From Mobula hypostoma (Eukaryota): DNA of 64,000 bases. The translations under genes and the position numbers were made by a program. Below the pieces are notes generated by a model. It was not told where the DNA came from and searched no databases. It saw only the letters and a list, made by a program, of their open reading frames with translations. Shown in pieces: positions 11,870 through 26,068 of the stretch (positions within the stretch are counted from its first letter, which is position 1; the number at the start of each line of letters is the position of its first letter). Where the stretch lies: assembly GCF_963921235.1 (NCBI RefSeq), contig NC_086098.1, forward strand, positions 237,770,001 through 237,834,000, read 5' to 3'.

Positions 11870-13050
11870 AAACCATAAGACCACATGACACAGGAACAGA
11901 ATTAGGCCATTCGGCCCAGCGAGCTTGCTCCGTTATTCCATTATGACCAATTTATTATCCCTCTCACAGCGCCATTCTTCTGCATTCTCCCCATAACCTT
12001 TGACGTCCTTACTAATCAACAACCAGTAAAACCCCGCTTTAAATATGCCTCCACAATCGTCCGTGGCAATGAATTCCATAGATTCACCACCCTCTCGATA
12101 AAGACATTTTTCTGTTCTAATGGAATTGCCCTCTATTCTGAGGCTGTGTCTTTGGTCTTATACTTTCCCACTATCGGAAACATCCTCTCCACGTCCAGTC
12201 TATCTGGACCTTTCATTGTTCAGTATGTTTCACTGAGATCCTCCACTGCACTTCATTCTCCTGAACTCCAGCCATCAAACGGTCCTCATACGTTCAGCAT
12301 TTCATTCCCGGAATCATTCTCGTCAACTTTCTCTGCATCCTCTCCAATGTCAGCACATTCCTTCCTAGATAAGGGGCCCGAAACTGCTCACAAATCTCCA
12401 AGTATAATCTGACCCAAGTCTACCTGAGATGCTTTACAAGAAGCATTCCTCAAACTGTGTATAAATTCCAGTACGATCTTCCTGTTCCCTTTAAGTTTGG
12501 AAATACCGCTGCAGGGATGTAATACTGAGGCCTTATAAGGCACTGGTGAGGTCTCATCTTGAGTATTGTGAACATATTTTGGCTCCTTATCGAAGAAAAG
12601 ATGTGCTGGTATTGGAGAGGGTTCAAAGGAGGCTCACAAGGATGATTCCGTGAATGAAAGGGTTACCATATGAGGAACGTTTGATGGCTCTGGACAGGTA
12701 CTCGCAGGATATAGAATAATGAGTGGAGGGATGTCATTGAAAGCTTTTGAATGTTGAAAGACCTAGACATGGTAGATGTAGAAAGGATATTTGCCTTGAT
12801 GGGGGAGCCTAGGACAAGAGGGCAGAGCTCCGGGATAGAGGAGCGTCCATTTAAAAGAAATGCGGAGAATTTCTTTAGTGGGGCGCTAAATTTGCGGAAT
12901 TTGTTAATACGGGCGGTTTTGCTTTGTCGTTGAGTGTATTTATGGTGGAAATTAATAGGTGTTTGATCAGCTGTGGCATCAAAGGTTACGGGGAGTAGGT
13001 CAGGGAGTAGGACTGTGGGGGTGGGGAGGTGGGGGAAGGACCAGCCATGG
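11870..13050. mobile_element. Two degenerate CR1 3' fragments (minus, then plus)
   Basis: RT C-terminal and 3' UTR similarity in both orientations. Confidence 0.75.
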
Positions 13051-15819
13051 TCTTAGAAGAATAAAGGATGATATGATTTGTTTATAAGATGTTAGTGGCA
13101 GTAGTCGGGGAGCCTCGAACAGGAGGATGCACGGCCAGGGTTTCAGGAGTGCCGTTATGCAAATCTTTGTATCAGAGGCCGGAAGAAATGTAAAATTCTA
13201 TCGAGGAAACGGCAAAGAACGTCGAAAAATTGTTTCGTTAAAATCTGATGCTGAACTTTTTTTTATTAACTGTGGGTAGACGGATCAGTCCGAATGGCCT
13301 CCTCACGCCTATCATATAACTTAGTTCCACCTGGATAAAACGGCTCAACCAATAAAAATTTCCTATAACTCCATCTTCTGGGTCATACATGATACCCTTC
13401 TCTCATCAGAACCACTCTGAGCCTCGGCTGAAAGGAAACAAAATCGCCAAGCTTTCTGGGAATCGCTTTGATATAGTGAAGAGTGACTAAATGTCAATCT
13501 GCTGGAATTTATTTTTATTTGTGGTAATATTATATTATGTGTTGTGTGGGAGGTACCTGCCCTGTGTTGTACGCCTTCACCAGAAGGAATGACTTTTCAT
13601 TTGGCTACATACATGTGTGCGGTTGAATGCCAGTACGTTAAACTTGAGCTAAATCATCCCACACTTACCATAAGAGTGGCAAATATGTTTAGCTCTAAAG
13701 CAGTGTGTCTACTGACGGCAATCAAACCGGAGTTTCGTGTGCTTGTTGCCGACTGTGTTTCATTGGGTAAGTATTTGACTCGGTGCCTTCTCAAGCAGAG
13801 AAAGTCCCCACCAAAATTGGTGACCAAACCAATGACGTAAATCGATTAATAGTGGTGGTTTCGAACACACTCCGTCCTCTCAGCCATCTTCCCCTTACCT
13901 CCCGCCACCCCAGCCCCGCTCCACACTCTTCGTTGTGGGCTCTCCTGACCTCCGCAAATCGGAGGTGACTCAAGCAACCTGGTAAGTGCTGAATTGGCCC
14001 CGTCTTGAGATTCAGAATCAGAATCAGGTTTAATATCATTTACGTATTTCGTGAAATCTGTTGATTTGTGGCAGAAGAAAATTGCAATACGTAATAATAA
14101 ATACTATAAATTACAAGAAGAAGCAGATATAAAAATTAAATAAAATAATTGGTACAAACACAGAGGTAATATTCTGAGGTAGTGTAATGGTTTCATTGTC
14201 CATTCAGTAATCTGTTGGTAGAAGGGAGCAGTCTGTTCCGGAAACGGTGCGCATGTTTTCAGGCTCCTGTAACTCCTCCTTGATGGTAGCAATGAGAAGA
14301 TGGTATGTCAATTGTAGTGGCCTTGTCGATTGAAGCTACGCGGTCTTATACAATCGTGAGTGAAAAGACCGGTCAGTCCATATCGTCATTCCGGGAACTT
14401 TATGCCAAAAGATCAATTCTGGATAAACAGCATAAACCATGAAGAGGGAAAGCGGGTGGACAGGATATTATGTACCAGTGGACATTGACATCTTTCAGCG
14501 TTCACATACAAGCACCTCCCAGTTTCCACTCAGATATTTGGATTCACCTGTCACTCTTTCGAGTCTCCTCACCTGCAGCCTATTAAACCCCAGTCCTCAT
14601 CCACAGTCCTTGTTCACTCATCGAACCAGCCGAACTCATCCAGTTGCTCCTAGCCTTTGCTCTCCCTGGCTGGAGTATACCTTGTTGCCTGTTTTGTTTA
14701 GTTTCTATTAACTATGGTGTTGTGGTTCCTCGTGGCTTGTTATTTTCTGGTCTTTTATTAAAGATATTATTCTCCGCTAAATCGTCTCCGCGGCTCTACT
14801 TTGGGTTTGGCCTCTTCTGCATTTCTTGACCGCAATGCATGGAATCGAAAATAAATAGCGTTCGCCTTGTCCAATCTGATTTATTGTACATTGTAACTGA
14901 TGCAATTTTGAATTAGATCAAGCCAAATTTTCCTACTTTGATACAAAGCGAAATTAAATTTATCAGTTCAAGAAAACCAAAACTCTGTTAACCACAAGTG
15001 ATAAATCAAGATTTAAAAAGCAGCAAAACATAATAACTGGCTTCTGCAAAATAGGAATGAATATTCCTCTTGGAATTTGGTTTGCAAAAGCGTAGGAAAA
15101 ATTGCTTCAGTATCACGAGTTGGTGCTCCCGGGAGCTGGTATATTGAGTAGTTTCTCAACCAGGTATTTTGAAATTACTTACTATTGTTTAACTGACATA
15201 ATTTCGTAGACACCAGGAAAGATATAAAACTCATCTGTAACGGATTGCCACATTCTTGGGTATTACTTCTGGAAGCTCTCAGCATTATGACTGGAACTGT
15301 CACTGACAGCCCTTCCCACTGCGGACCTGCTACACATATCCGCAAAGCGAAATCTTCTCTTCTACCTGCCTTCTCGCTATAGAGCCCACTTTAAAAATCA
15401 GCCGGCGTAGGTAGGTTGCGAGAGAAAACGAAAAGCATCGCAAGAATGTCACAGGGTCAAAAGAAGACTGTTCGTCCCGTCAACCTTCTTCCACAATATT
15501 ATTAAATTTTGATTCATTTTGATGGTGAAAAGATTTCACAGGAGCTCCTCAGAATCGGGATTGGTGAGTGAGGTGAAGAAGCAAGGATAATACCATAAGA
15601 TCATAAGACATAGGAGTAGAATTAGGCTATTCTATCCATTAAGTCCTCTCCGCCATTGCATCGTGGCTAATTTATTATCCCATTCAACTATATTCTCTCG
15701 CCTTCTTCCTGTAATATTAGACACCCTTCCTAATCAAGAATCTATTAAACTCTACTCCCTGCCCAAAGAAATTCATCCTCTTCTCTGTTCTAAAAGAACT
15801 GTTGTATTCATAGGGGATG

Positions 15820-17255
15820 TGTCATAAGAGGGGCGTTGAAGGCGGACCCAAACGCAAGACACAGACACTGAAGTACTAGGAACAGGACTTGACAAGAGAG
15901 CTGGGACAAGAACACAGACTTGGGCTGGGACTTTGCCTAGGCAGGCGGAACCAGGACAAGAAACAGGGAACTAGGAGCCTGGGCTTGGACTCCGAGCCAG
16001 AGACTGGACAAGGACCCAGAACCTGGGTCTTGACTCGGGCTCGGACCCGGAACTAGGCGAGGACATGACGTGGCTACAGGACTGGACATGGCTTGGGTAC
16101 TTCGAGGCGAGGACATGACGAGACTTGGGTTCTTCGAGGCGAGGACATGACGAGGCTTGGGTTCGGATTCCGAGTGGGAGACTGGACAAGCACCCAGAAC
16201 CTGGGTCTTGACTCGGGCTTGGACTCCGGAACTAGGCGAAGACATGACGTGGCCTTGGGAGACAACACTAGGCGAGGCTACAGGACAGAACGAGAGACTC
16301 CTGGGCAAGACGAGGGAACCCCAGTACAAGACGAAGCACGTGGACAGGACGAGGCACATGGACAGGACGAGAGCACGAAGCCTTGACTTGCACTCAAAAA
16401 CAGCCGAGCTTGGACTTGGGATGACAGGAACGCAGAACAGAGAGCCTTGGTCTTGGGGAGGATAGGAACACAGAGCCTTGGTCTAGAGCACGGGAACACG
16501 GAACCTTGGACTTGAGAGACTGGAACACAGGGACATGGAACACAGAGCCGGGACCCCTCCTTGGGAACAGGACTTAGGGCCGGGACTCGTACACGGAACA
16601 CAGAGCCAAGACCACTCCTTGGTAGCAGGGGCTCTACACAGAATGCTGAACACGACGAGACGGTTCTGAACACTAGGTAGCGGCAAACGGCCGGACCTAC
16701 CTAACGAATGCCTGGACACAGAGACAGTTCCAACTCAACGATAGACAGTTCCTTATCTTGACACAGCAAGGCTTCGGTCTCGCTCAGGTGGTAGAACTTG
16801 ACAAGGTTGCAGGCAAGGCTCCAGACACAGGTTGCAGGAAAGGCTCCAGACTCCCGTTGCAGGCAAGGCTCCAGACATAGGATGCAGGCAAGGCTCCAGA
16901 CACAGGTTGCAGGCAAAGACTTCAGACACAGGTTGCAGGCAAGACTCCAGACATAGGTTGCAGGCAAAGCTTCAGAAGGAAGGCGAAGGGAAGGGAACAG
17001 TCCAGCCTCAGGGTAAGAGCAAAGACGGCCTGGCTTACCCAACGGAGGCGAGGACGGGATACCGACGAGACGAACCAGCAACCACATTCGAACCCAGAGC
17101 CACTTATATTCCCAGCCCCAAGACGATAATCACAGGTGACTGTGATTAAGCCCAACTGAAACAAGGCACAGCGGGAAGAACCGGAGACCGGAGTCCACGG
17201 ACCGGGCTGTGAACCGGAACGCGGACTTCACGAACCAGACCACGTCAGGATGACG
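15820..17255 (-). mobile_element. LTR-like (Gypsy solo-LTR-type) element with internal tandem repeats
   Basis: TGTCA...TGAC termini; gtgtcttgcgtttgggtcc near the minus-strand end; internal duplications. No TSD or coding domain seen. Confidence 0.5.
16801..16977. repeat. Tandem repeat, about 7 x 25 nt (acaggttgcaggcaaggctccagac)
   Basis: Head-to-tail units with no spacers. Confidence 0.9.
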
Positions 17256-19309
17256 TTCATGGTGTTTTAAAGAGGAGAGAATTAAGTTGTAGATGTTGGG
17301 AAGTAGACACATTTTGGATGAAGTTCAAAATAATAAACGTAATAAAGATGGTGCCATGGCAACTAGTATTGAAACATCGACTTTTTACTATTCAAACACG
17401 AGGAAATCAGCAGATGCTGGAAATTCAAGCAACACACATCAAAGTTGCTCGTGAACGCAGCAGCCAGGCAGCATCTCTAGGAACAGGTACAGTCGACGTT
17501 TCGGGCCGAGACCCCTCCCACTTTCAAATCTCTTACTAGTTCTTCTTTCAGTTGGTCCTGACGAAGGGTTTCGGCCCGAAACGTCGACTGTACCTCTTCC
17601 TAGAGATGCTGCCTGGCCTGCTGCGTTCACCAGCAACTTTGATGTGTGTAACTTGTTACAATTAAGAGAAGGACGTGGACAAATGCTTCATAACTTCTTC
17701 AAAACATGAAAACAGTTAGAAAACTACGTTCTGAAAGGGCGATAAAGAGGCCAAGACTGTTAAAGGTAGTTTAAACATGTGGATAAATAATTAACAAATG
17801 CAGTGCAGCACGGGTAAATACGAAATTGGTCATTCAGGCAGAAAATGTAACGATGACGAAAGTGAGGTAGAAGATCTGACACGGAAGATCTCTGAGCAAA
17901 CAGTGATGCGGATCTCCCAGTGTTTCAGCACAAAATATTAGTATGCAAATACAGCACGTATTTGCTTAAGGAAAATAACGTAATTGTAGGCTGGGTTCGA
18001 TTATTATTGTAAGCACTGGGATTTATTTCTGTATTTGATGCCTTAGTCGACATCCATCTTCAAGGACCCCCATTATCCGGAACATTGTTAAAATCAGGTA
18101 GGTGGTACAGGAGCCTAAAAGACACACAGTCAGCGTTTTAGAAGCAATTTCTTCCACACAACAGATTTCTGCACGGACAATAAACCAACCCATGGACGCT
18201 CCTCACTATTTTTGCTCTGTTTTTGTACTATTTATTCAATTTGATTTTAAAACTATTTTATTGTAATTCATAGTTTTTTGAGCATGATATTTAACCGCTG
18301 CCGCAAAGCAACTAATTTCAAGACAAACAAAAGGAATTCTGCAGATGCTTGAATTTCAAGCAACACACATCAAAGCTGCTGGTGAACGCAGCAGGCCAGG
18401 CAGCATCTCTAGGAAGAGGTACAGTCGATGTTTCAGGCCGATACCCTTTGTCAGGACTCACACATCAAAGTTGCTGGTGAACTTTTTTCAAGACATGCGT
18501 CCTCCTCGATATTGACCATGATTCTGATTCTAATTACTTGGTAGTGCCATCTAAGCCGTGCAAAAATGCTGACGTAGCAATAATGGAATATCAGAGTACG
18601 TGGCAGCACCATTACGTCAGTCGAAGCCCGGATCTAATGCTATTCTGTTACTTTTGCATTACTATTGCCAATGTAAATGGTTTCCCTCCACTGACTGGAT
18701 TTTTTTTATAACACATTGAAAACTCTTCAATTAAATTAATCCTTAAGTTCTCTGCAAATGAATTCAGCAATTGTATTCCTCATTTAATACATGAAAATTA
18801 TTTAATAATTGTTACCTCATAGGTTGATCTCGAAAGTGAAATCATGAAGGGTCCAGAATGACAGGAAATTGGCTTGGTGGAAGGAGTTAGGAAGGGCTTT
18901 TATTGAAACTGAAGACCTCTGACCAGTGGTGTGCAGATGTTTGTCATCAAAATGATTTGGATGCGAACGTAGGTGGCATGAATGCAAGTAAATGGAAGAA
19001 TGACACTAAAATTGGTAGTTTAGCAGAGAATGAAGAAGGCTGTCTAGGGCTGCCACAGGATCGGTATTAGCTGGGAAAGTGGGCAAAGGAATGGCAGATG
19101 AAATTTAACTGTGAAACATTGGAGTTTTGGGAAGGGTCATGCCTCAATTTCATTCGCCATCTACATTGACATACGTTCGGAATTTGCAGCGGTGCAACAT
19201 CCAACAAAAGAGACAACATTCAACAATTATACAGAAAAAAGATTAAAAGGAAATAAAATTAGAAGAAAGATATTGAATAAAGGGTGCTATAATAATTAAA
19301 TACCGGCAT

Positions 19310-19570
19310 GTGCTTACGATATAAACAGCATTATAAGTAGTTGTTCAAAGGGCTGCTGTACCTGATGGCGGTAATAAATCCAGGGGCGGGGCTAATTAAA
19401 TGGTTGATTGGATTAAATACCTGGAGCGGAGGGACTTTTAAGATCGTGTGAGGTTTTTGTCTTAATAACCGTACAGCGCTTTCCAGAGGGAGCATTTTGA
19501 AAAGACAGTTCTCTGGGTGAGTTGCGTCCACAATGTTTTGTCGTATCTGCGTCTTTGTTCTGAAAAAAAA
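19310..19570 (-). mobile_element. Rex1/Babar 3' fragment
   Basis: IVDATHPENCLFKMLP, like the Rex1 C-terminal motif SHPxHxLFxLLPSG. Confidence 0.6.
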
Positions 19571-20109
19571 AGCCAGGGCAGAACTTATATAGCATGTAAC
19601 CCGGTCCGGTTTTGAAGTTGGTGTTTGGTGTTGTAAAATAGACACGGGGGCACAAACCATAATTCTATGTATGTGTCAACACAGTTCAAAGTAAATTTAT
19701 TTATAAAGACAGACATGTTGCTATATACCGCCCCGAGGTTCATTTTCACCTGGGTATTCACCGTACGTAATGGAAACAAAATAGAATCAATCTAAAGCTG
19801 CACACATCAAAGATGGAAAAACAGCCAATGTGCAAAACAAAACCAATTGTGCCATACAAAAAGAACAGTAAATACGTATGAAGATAATATCGAAAAATTG
19901 AGTTGTAGAGACCTTGAAGGTGAGTCCATAGGTGCGGGAATCAGTTTAGAGTATGGGTTCAGGACCCTAATGGTTGAGCGGTAAGGGTTATTCATAAACC
20001 TGGAGGTGTGGGACCCGAGATTTCTATACTTCATTCCAAAGCCTTCATTCCGCGGCGCAGTGATGGAACCAATCAGAGTATTGTCTAGCTTGCATCTATA
20101 GAAGTTACC

Positions 20110-21720
20110 TAAGTTTGATTGAAGGGATTAAAGGCAGATAAATCCCTAGGGCCAGATGGTCTGCATCCCAGAGTGCTTAAGGAAGTAGCCCAAAAATAGT
20201 GGATGCATTAGTGATAATTTATCAAAACTCTTTAAATTCTGGATTAGTTCCTGAGGATTGGAGGGTGGCTAACATAATCCCGCTTTTTAAGAAAGGAAGG
20301 AGAGAGAAACCGGAGAATTATAGACCTGTAAGCCTGACATCGGTGGTGGGGAAAATGCTAGAGTCAGTTATCAAAGATATGATAATAGCACATTTGGAAA
20401 GCGGTGAAATCATCGGATAAAGTCAGCATGGATTTGTGAAAGGAAAATCATTTCTGACGAATCTCATAGAATTTTATGAGGATGTAACTCGTTGAGTGGA
20501 TAGGGGAGAACCAGTGGATGTGGTATATTTGGATTTTCAAAAGGCTTTTGACAAGGTCCCACACAGGAGATTAGTGTGCAAACTTAAAGCACACGGTATT
20601 GGGGGTATGGTATTGACGTGGGTAGAGAATTGGTTGGCAGACAGGAAGCAAAGTGTGGGAATAAACGGGACCTTTTCAGAATGGCAGGCAGTGAATAGTG
20701 GGGTACGCAAGGCTCACTGCTGGGTCCCCAGTTGTTTACAATATATGTTAATGACTTAGACGAGGAACTTAAATGCAGCATCTCCAATTTTGCGGATGAC
20801 ACGGGGCTGGTCGGCAGTGTTAGCTGTGAGGAGGATGCTGAGAGGGTGCAGGGTGACTTGGATAGGTTAGGTGAGTGGGCAAATTCATGGCAGATGCAAT
20901 TTAATGTGGATAAATGTGAGATTATCCACTTTGGTGGCAAAAACAGGAAAACAGATTACAATCTGAAGGGTGCCCGATTAGGAAAAGGCGGGGTGCAACA
21001 AGATCTGGGTGTCATTGTACGCCAATCATTGAAAGTGGACATGCAGGTACAGCAGGCGGTGAAAAAGGCGAATGGTATGCTGGCATTCATAGCAAGGGGA
21101 TTCGAGTACAGGAGTAGGAAGGTACTACTGCTGTTGTACAAGGCCTTGGTGAGACCACACCTGGAATATTTTGTGCCGTTTTGGTCCCCCAATCTGAGGA
21201 AGGACATTCTTGCCATAGAGGGAGTACAAAGAAGGTTCGCCAGATTGATCCCTGGGATGGCAGGACTTTCATATGATGAAAGACTGGATCGACTAGGCTT
21301 ACACTCTCTGGAATTTAGAAGATTGAGGGGGGATCTGATTGAAACGTATAAAATCCTAAAGGGATTGGACAGGCTAGATGCAGGAAGATTGTTCCCGATG
21401 TTGGGGAAGTACAGAACGAGGGGTCACAGTTTGAGGATAAAGGGGAAGCCTTTTAGGACCGATATGAGGAAAACCTTCTTCACACAGAGAGTGGTGAATC
21501 TGTGGAATTCTCTGCCACAGGAAACAGTTGATGCCAGTTCATTGGATATATTTAAGAGGGAGTTAGATATGGCCCTTGTGGCTAAAGGGGGTATGGAGAG
21601 AACGCAGGCACAGGGTTCTAAGTTGGATTATCAGCCATGATCATACTGAATGGCGGTGCAGGCTCGAAAAGCCGAAGACCCTACTCCTGCACCTATTTTC
21701 TATGTTTCTATGCTTCTATG
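20110..21720 (+). mobile_element. CR1 (subfamily A) RT region with intact 3' end
   Basis: ORFs 20199, 20496 and 20732..21640 (FADD, VRPHLEY, RGDLIETYKI); (ctatgttt)n tail. Confidence 0.96.
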
Positions 21721-24701
21721 TTTGACAGCCCGAATCAGAGAGATACCTGCAGATGGTGAATGAAGACATGCTTGCCTTTATCAGACGGGCCAAGGAGAAC
21801 AAGATGGAGAGGGGACGCATCTGGAATATTGGTTCATTTCTGATTGCCATGCCATAGAAATAACCTGCTTCTTCAGTGGAGGGAGTGAAAGAGATTCGTC
21901 AGAACATAACTGGGGACTGACGGGTTTAAGTTAAAAGAAGAGACCGAGAATACTGGAAATGCTTTCCCTGAAGCGATGGAAGTTCGGGGGCTCCTCCGCA
22001 GATGTTTATAAAATCCTGAGTGATAGGGTGGAATGGTATGTATTTTCCCAAGGTAGGGGAAAGGAAAGCGAGACTACGGGGTCAAAATGAAATAGAAAAG
22101 ATTTGAGGAGGAATTGAAAGTCATTTATTCAACAGAGGACGGTCGGTACTGTATATAGAACGACTTGCCAGAAGAAGTGGTAGAGTCGGGTACAGTTACA
22201 ACATTCGGAAAACATTTGGATAGGTACATGGATAGGAAAGGTTTAGAAGTAAATTAGGAAAAAGTAGTCCAAGGAGACTAGCCCAATAATGCATCACAGT
22301 CAGCATGGACGAGCTGGGCCGAAAAGCCTGTTGCGTGCTCCATAACTTTTATCAGTAACTAGCCCAGAATATCGAGGTGCAAATGGAAAATTTGTGCCGT
22401 CTCATCTTGGAACGTTTTAAAACTTCTTAAAATAAACTTAGACAGTGACACGGATGAGGAATGTACACTTGTAACGGCTGAATGAATTCGTTTAGCAGAT
22501 TTATCAGCGTTCATTCCATTAGCTCGGCAAAACATTATGGAGGGTAGCGTCCGTTTCTGTGCTGTACTGTGCTGTTCTATATTTTCTAAATAAACTAAAG
22601 CAAAAAGAAGTTATTCCTACTTCATTTCCAGCCGCGCGTGATCTCACTTCTGTGAAGTTCATCCGGCCGCTCTTGTTGACTGAGGTGGAAAGAGATTTAA
22701 GTGGACGACAGTGTTAAACCCAGAACCAGACAACAACGGCAATAAAAACAATCATGGGCAGTTAGAAGGAATTTGGAGCCTGGCTGCCGGTTCCCACGGC
22801 GAATATATCCGTGAGGAGAAAGATAATCGCCGCAGGAAAGCCGACGTGATACGGTAAAAAGTAAACATGCGTGGATGGGGCATTTGCAAGAGAAAAGAAT
22901 CGTTCATTTTTATATGTTCGAACATCTCTATCTCAGAATTTCTGACTCTGACGGTATATTTACAAAGGCATGGTAGGGGGTTGGGAGAAGATCATAGTGC
23001 CATCTGATCCAGAAATTGATTTATAAATATTTATGAAACAGTTAAAGATCCGTCTACGTATCAGAAAAGAAAGGGAGGGGGAGAAAAGGACGGGTGGGTG
23101 GATAATTAGAATCAGGATCAGTCTTAATATCACTAATACCTGTCGTGCAACAGTAAATTCTGTAAATCACTATAATAAACATATTTAAAATAGATTTATT
23201 TTATAGATTAACAGTTTCTGGTGCAGAAAGAGGGCAAACCGTGAGGTAGTGTCAGGTAGTGATAACTAGATGAATACTATATACAGGCAGATTAATATTG
23301 TCGAGTACAAAAGACCACCGCACTGAAAAATACAATGAAACCAACCCAGTGTCAGGCACGGGGAAGTTCATGGTTATCTTCTTCACCCACCGCTCTTTCC
23401 CCGGTCAGATACCAAACACATATTAATTGGAAAGACTCCAACTTACACTGGAATGAAACAGTTGCAATCTATCTTCGGGTATACATTTAAGGTCATTGGG
23501 AAAATCTTCAAAGAGATGTCAGAGGTAGGTATTTTTACACAGAGTGAGGGGTGTGTACAACGCGCTGCCAGTGTTGGAGACAGAAGTATATACATTAGGG
23601 ACCGTTAAGACACTTTTAAATTGGCTCATGGATGATTGAAAAATGGAAGGCTCTGTAAGCGGGAAGGGTTAGAATAGGTTAAATCGTCAGCGCAACATCG
23701 TGGGACGAGGGGTCTGTACTGTGCTGTAGTGTCATACGTTCCGTCGCTAATCAGAGGAATACCCGACCAGCAGCATTTTTTTCCTTGACTACAACTCAAC
23801 ATTCCGTTTGTCTTGTCAGCCCCCATCAGCCCACATCAGCCCATTGGCTTGTCGTTTTACTTCCTCATTTTCCAGCGAAACATTAGATACCATTGTGTTT
23901 TTCATGTGGAGGATAAGGGGGGCCTCGTACACTTTGTGATATAGGTACCCAGCAAAAGTACGGTGAGAACAAACGCAAGGGGAAAGAATGCCTGAGGTGT
24001 AAGGAAATATCCAGGATACAGAAGGAAAAGGTTTATTTCGGAGCTCCTGAGGGCTAGCAACTACGAAAGGAAGAAATTCACCAAGATGTTATCACCAAGA
24101 TGGGTAAAGCTGTATCAAATTATGTGTAAAATATATATATAGACCGGACTCTGCGTAAAATGCCTTGTCCGTTCACCAACTTATTAGGATTCCTTATTTC
24201 CATTGGGACCTACATCCTAAGGATTAAAATCGATCGTGGAGGACAGAGAGAAAGATAACGAGACAGAGAAAAATAAATAGACTTAGACATTAGACAGATA
24301 AAGTCCTTGGATGGGGGGCGGAAATGCAATAATCTCCAATAATTTTTCAGTGATCCTCATTGATGGATATCTCTGAGCTACGGAGGACGAGTAAATCTTC
24401 TATCCTTGTTCCAAAAGTCAATATGAGATATTTTATATGTATCAGGGTAGTCATTTTGAGATCTTACGCGAAGCTATGATAATGCTGTAACAAGGTGCAC
24501 TTTGCTTATCCCGGAAAAATTCTACATGAACCAATCTTCTGCTAAGGGCAGAGGGTTTCCAACATCGTGTCTACGGACCGTTGATTAATGGTAGGGCTTC
24601 ATGGCACAAAAAAGATTGGGAACCCCTGTCCTAAAGCAATCACTTCAATGATCTGGCGGAAGAATTGCTTCCCAACCAAATTCGAAGCAGCGAAGACTAA
24701 C

Positions 24702-24911
24702 CTGGAAGGAGATAGATCAGGACGCAGATCGTTGAAAAGCTCACTGTCGCAGTCGCTGCGAATTGTGCACCGAGAGATTGCCCAGATATCGGTGGGTTCT
24801 GAAGGGAAGCGAAATGTAGGTCGGATGCCATAATTATGTCTAGCATTTAAAGATACATCTGTCGAAAGTACCGCACCGTGCCAATCCACGCTACAGGTTT
24901 CCTGTTTACGC
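24702..24911 (-). pseudogene. Orphan B-type promoter and leader exon (VSFSTICVLIYLLP, G|GTTAGT)
   Basis: 43-nt exon, same length and phase as the gene B leader. GTG sits at the ATG position, with an in-frame upstream ATG at 24831. Shares the promoter 15-mer. No intact V exon downstream. Confidence 0.6.
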
Positions 24912-25619
24912 TTTCAAAGTCAGTGATTGCGCCTAACTGAAACGGGCGCTCTTTGATACATAGGCACGCGTGGAAAGTGTTGTGCGGACGAGGTTGCTTA
25001 AACCGTAGTCGAGAAACAGATGGTGTCAAGTGACATTCATTTGCTTTTCTCAACCGTGTGGCCTCTGTACTTTATTTGTCACCCTACAGAGCACTTCCTT
25101 TCTAACAGCAACACTATGTTCTATATCCTTCTTCCCATTAAATACGGACATGGTTAGCTTGGTACCTTGGTGCCATTTTCCGACACTAATCCAAGACCTG
25201 GCTTTCCGGTTATCATCTAAAAATCGATCCAGCTCGGTCTTACATGTGAGCAAGTACAAAGATCTGAATGCCATCCGCGTAGAACATTCTGGAGATTTAT
25301 TAAATTCTAGTTGAACAGATTACCTCTCATCTCAATTCTGAAAGGGGAACCCGATTTTTAAAGCGTCGCCGTCATTCTAGGTACCTTCATGCAAGAGAAT
25401 CATTAACCCTTCATCAACCCGGACAGGCCCAGAATGCAATTTGCAGGTCGTGTGAGCTTACATCCAATTCTTCTGAAGACCACTGACATTGGTCCCCCTT
25501 GAAACCAATATATTTCAGTGTTTGTTCATTTAAAATTTCTTTACCGCTCGTTGACTGATATGCGTATTCTTACACTTTTCTGCGCTACATTTCATTTTAT
25601 TGAAAGAGGACCGGGTCGA

Positions 25620-26068
25620 GGCAACAGAGACTTTTAGAGAAGAGGTGTTCGGTGGGTAATACCGTTCCGGCTGACCGGAAGTGCACCGAGAGCGGTAAGC
25701 GTGAAGGAGTTTCGTGCTTACTGATCTGGTTAACAACGGATGGTGCCATCCGGGGTATATTACGATAGAGGAACGTGTTTGCACACTGGATACTGAACTT
25801 GTTACTGTTGGACTTCGGCCACATTCCGCCGTGATACAACACTTGGCGGCACGGGAGGTCGTTCCTGCCTTTGGCCATCGAACGTGCAGCTCCTCCCGTG
25901 GAGGGTGAGACACCCTGTGCCAATAGACTGGTCCTGGACTTATTTTCCATCTGGCATAGTTTGCATTTTGTTGTTTGATTGTTGGGGTTTTTGTATTGCT
26001 ATATTTACGCTCTATTCTGGTTGGTGCGGCTGTAACGAAACCAAATTTCCCTCAGGATTAATAAAGTA

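Noticed and set aside
16801-16977. CRISPR-like repeat array
   Set aside because: Contiguous 25-nt units with no unique spacers, no cas genes, vertebrate context.
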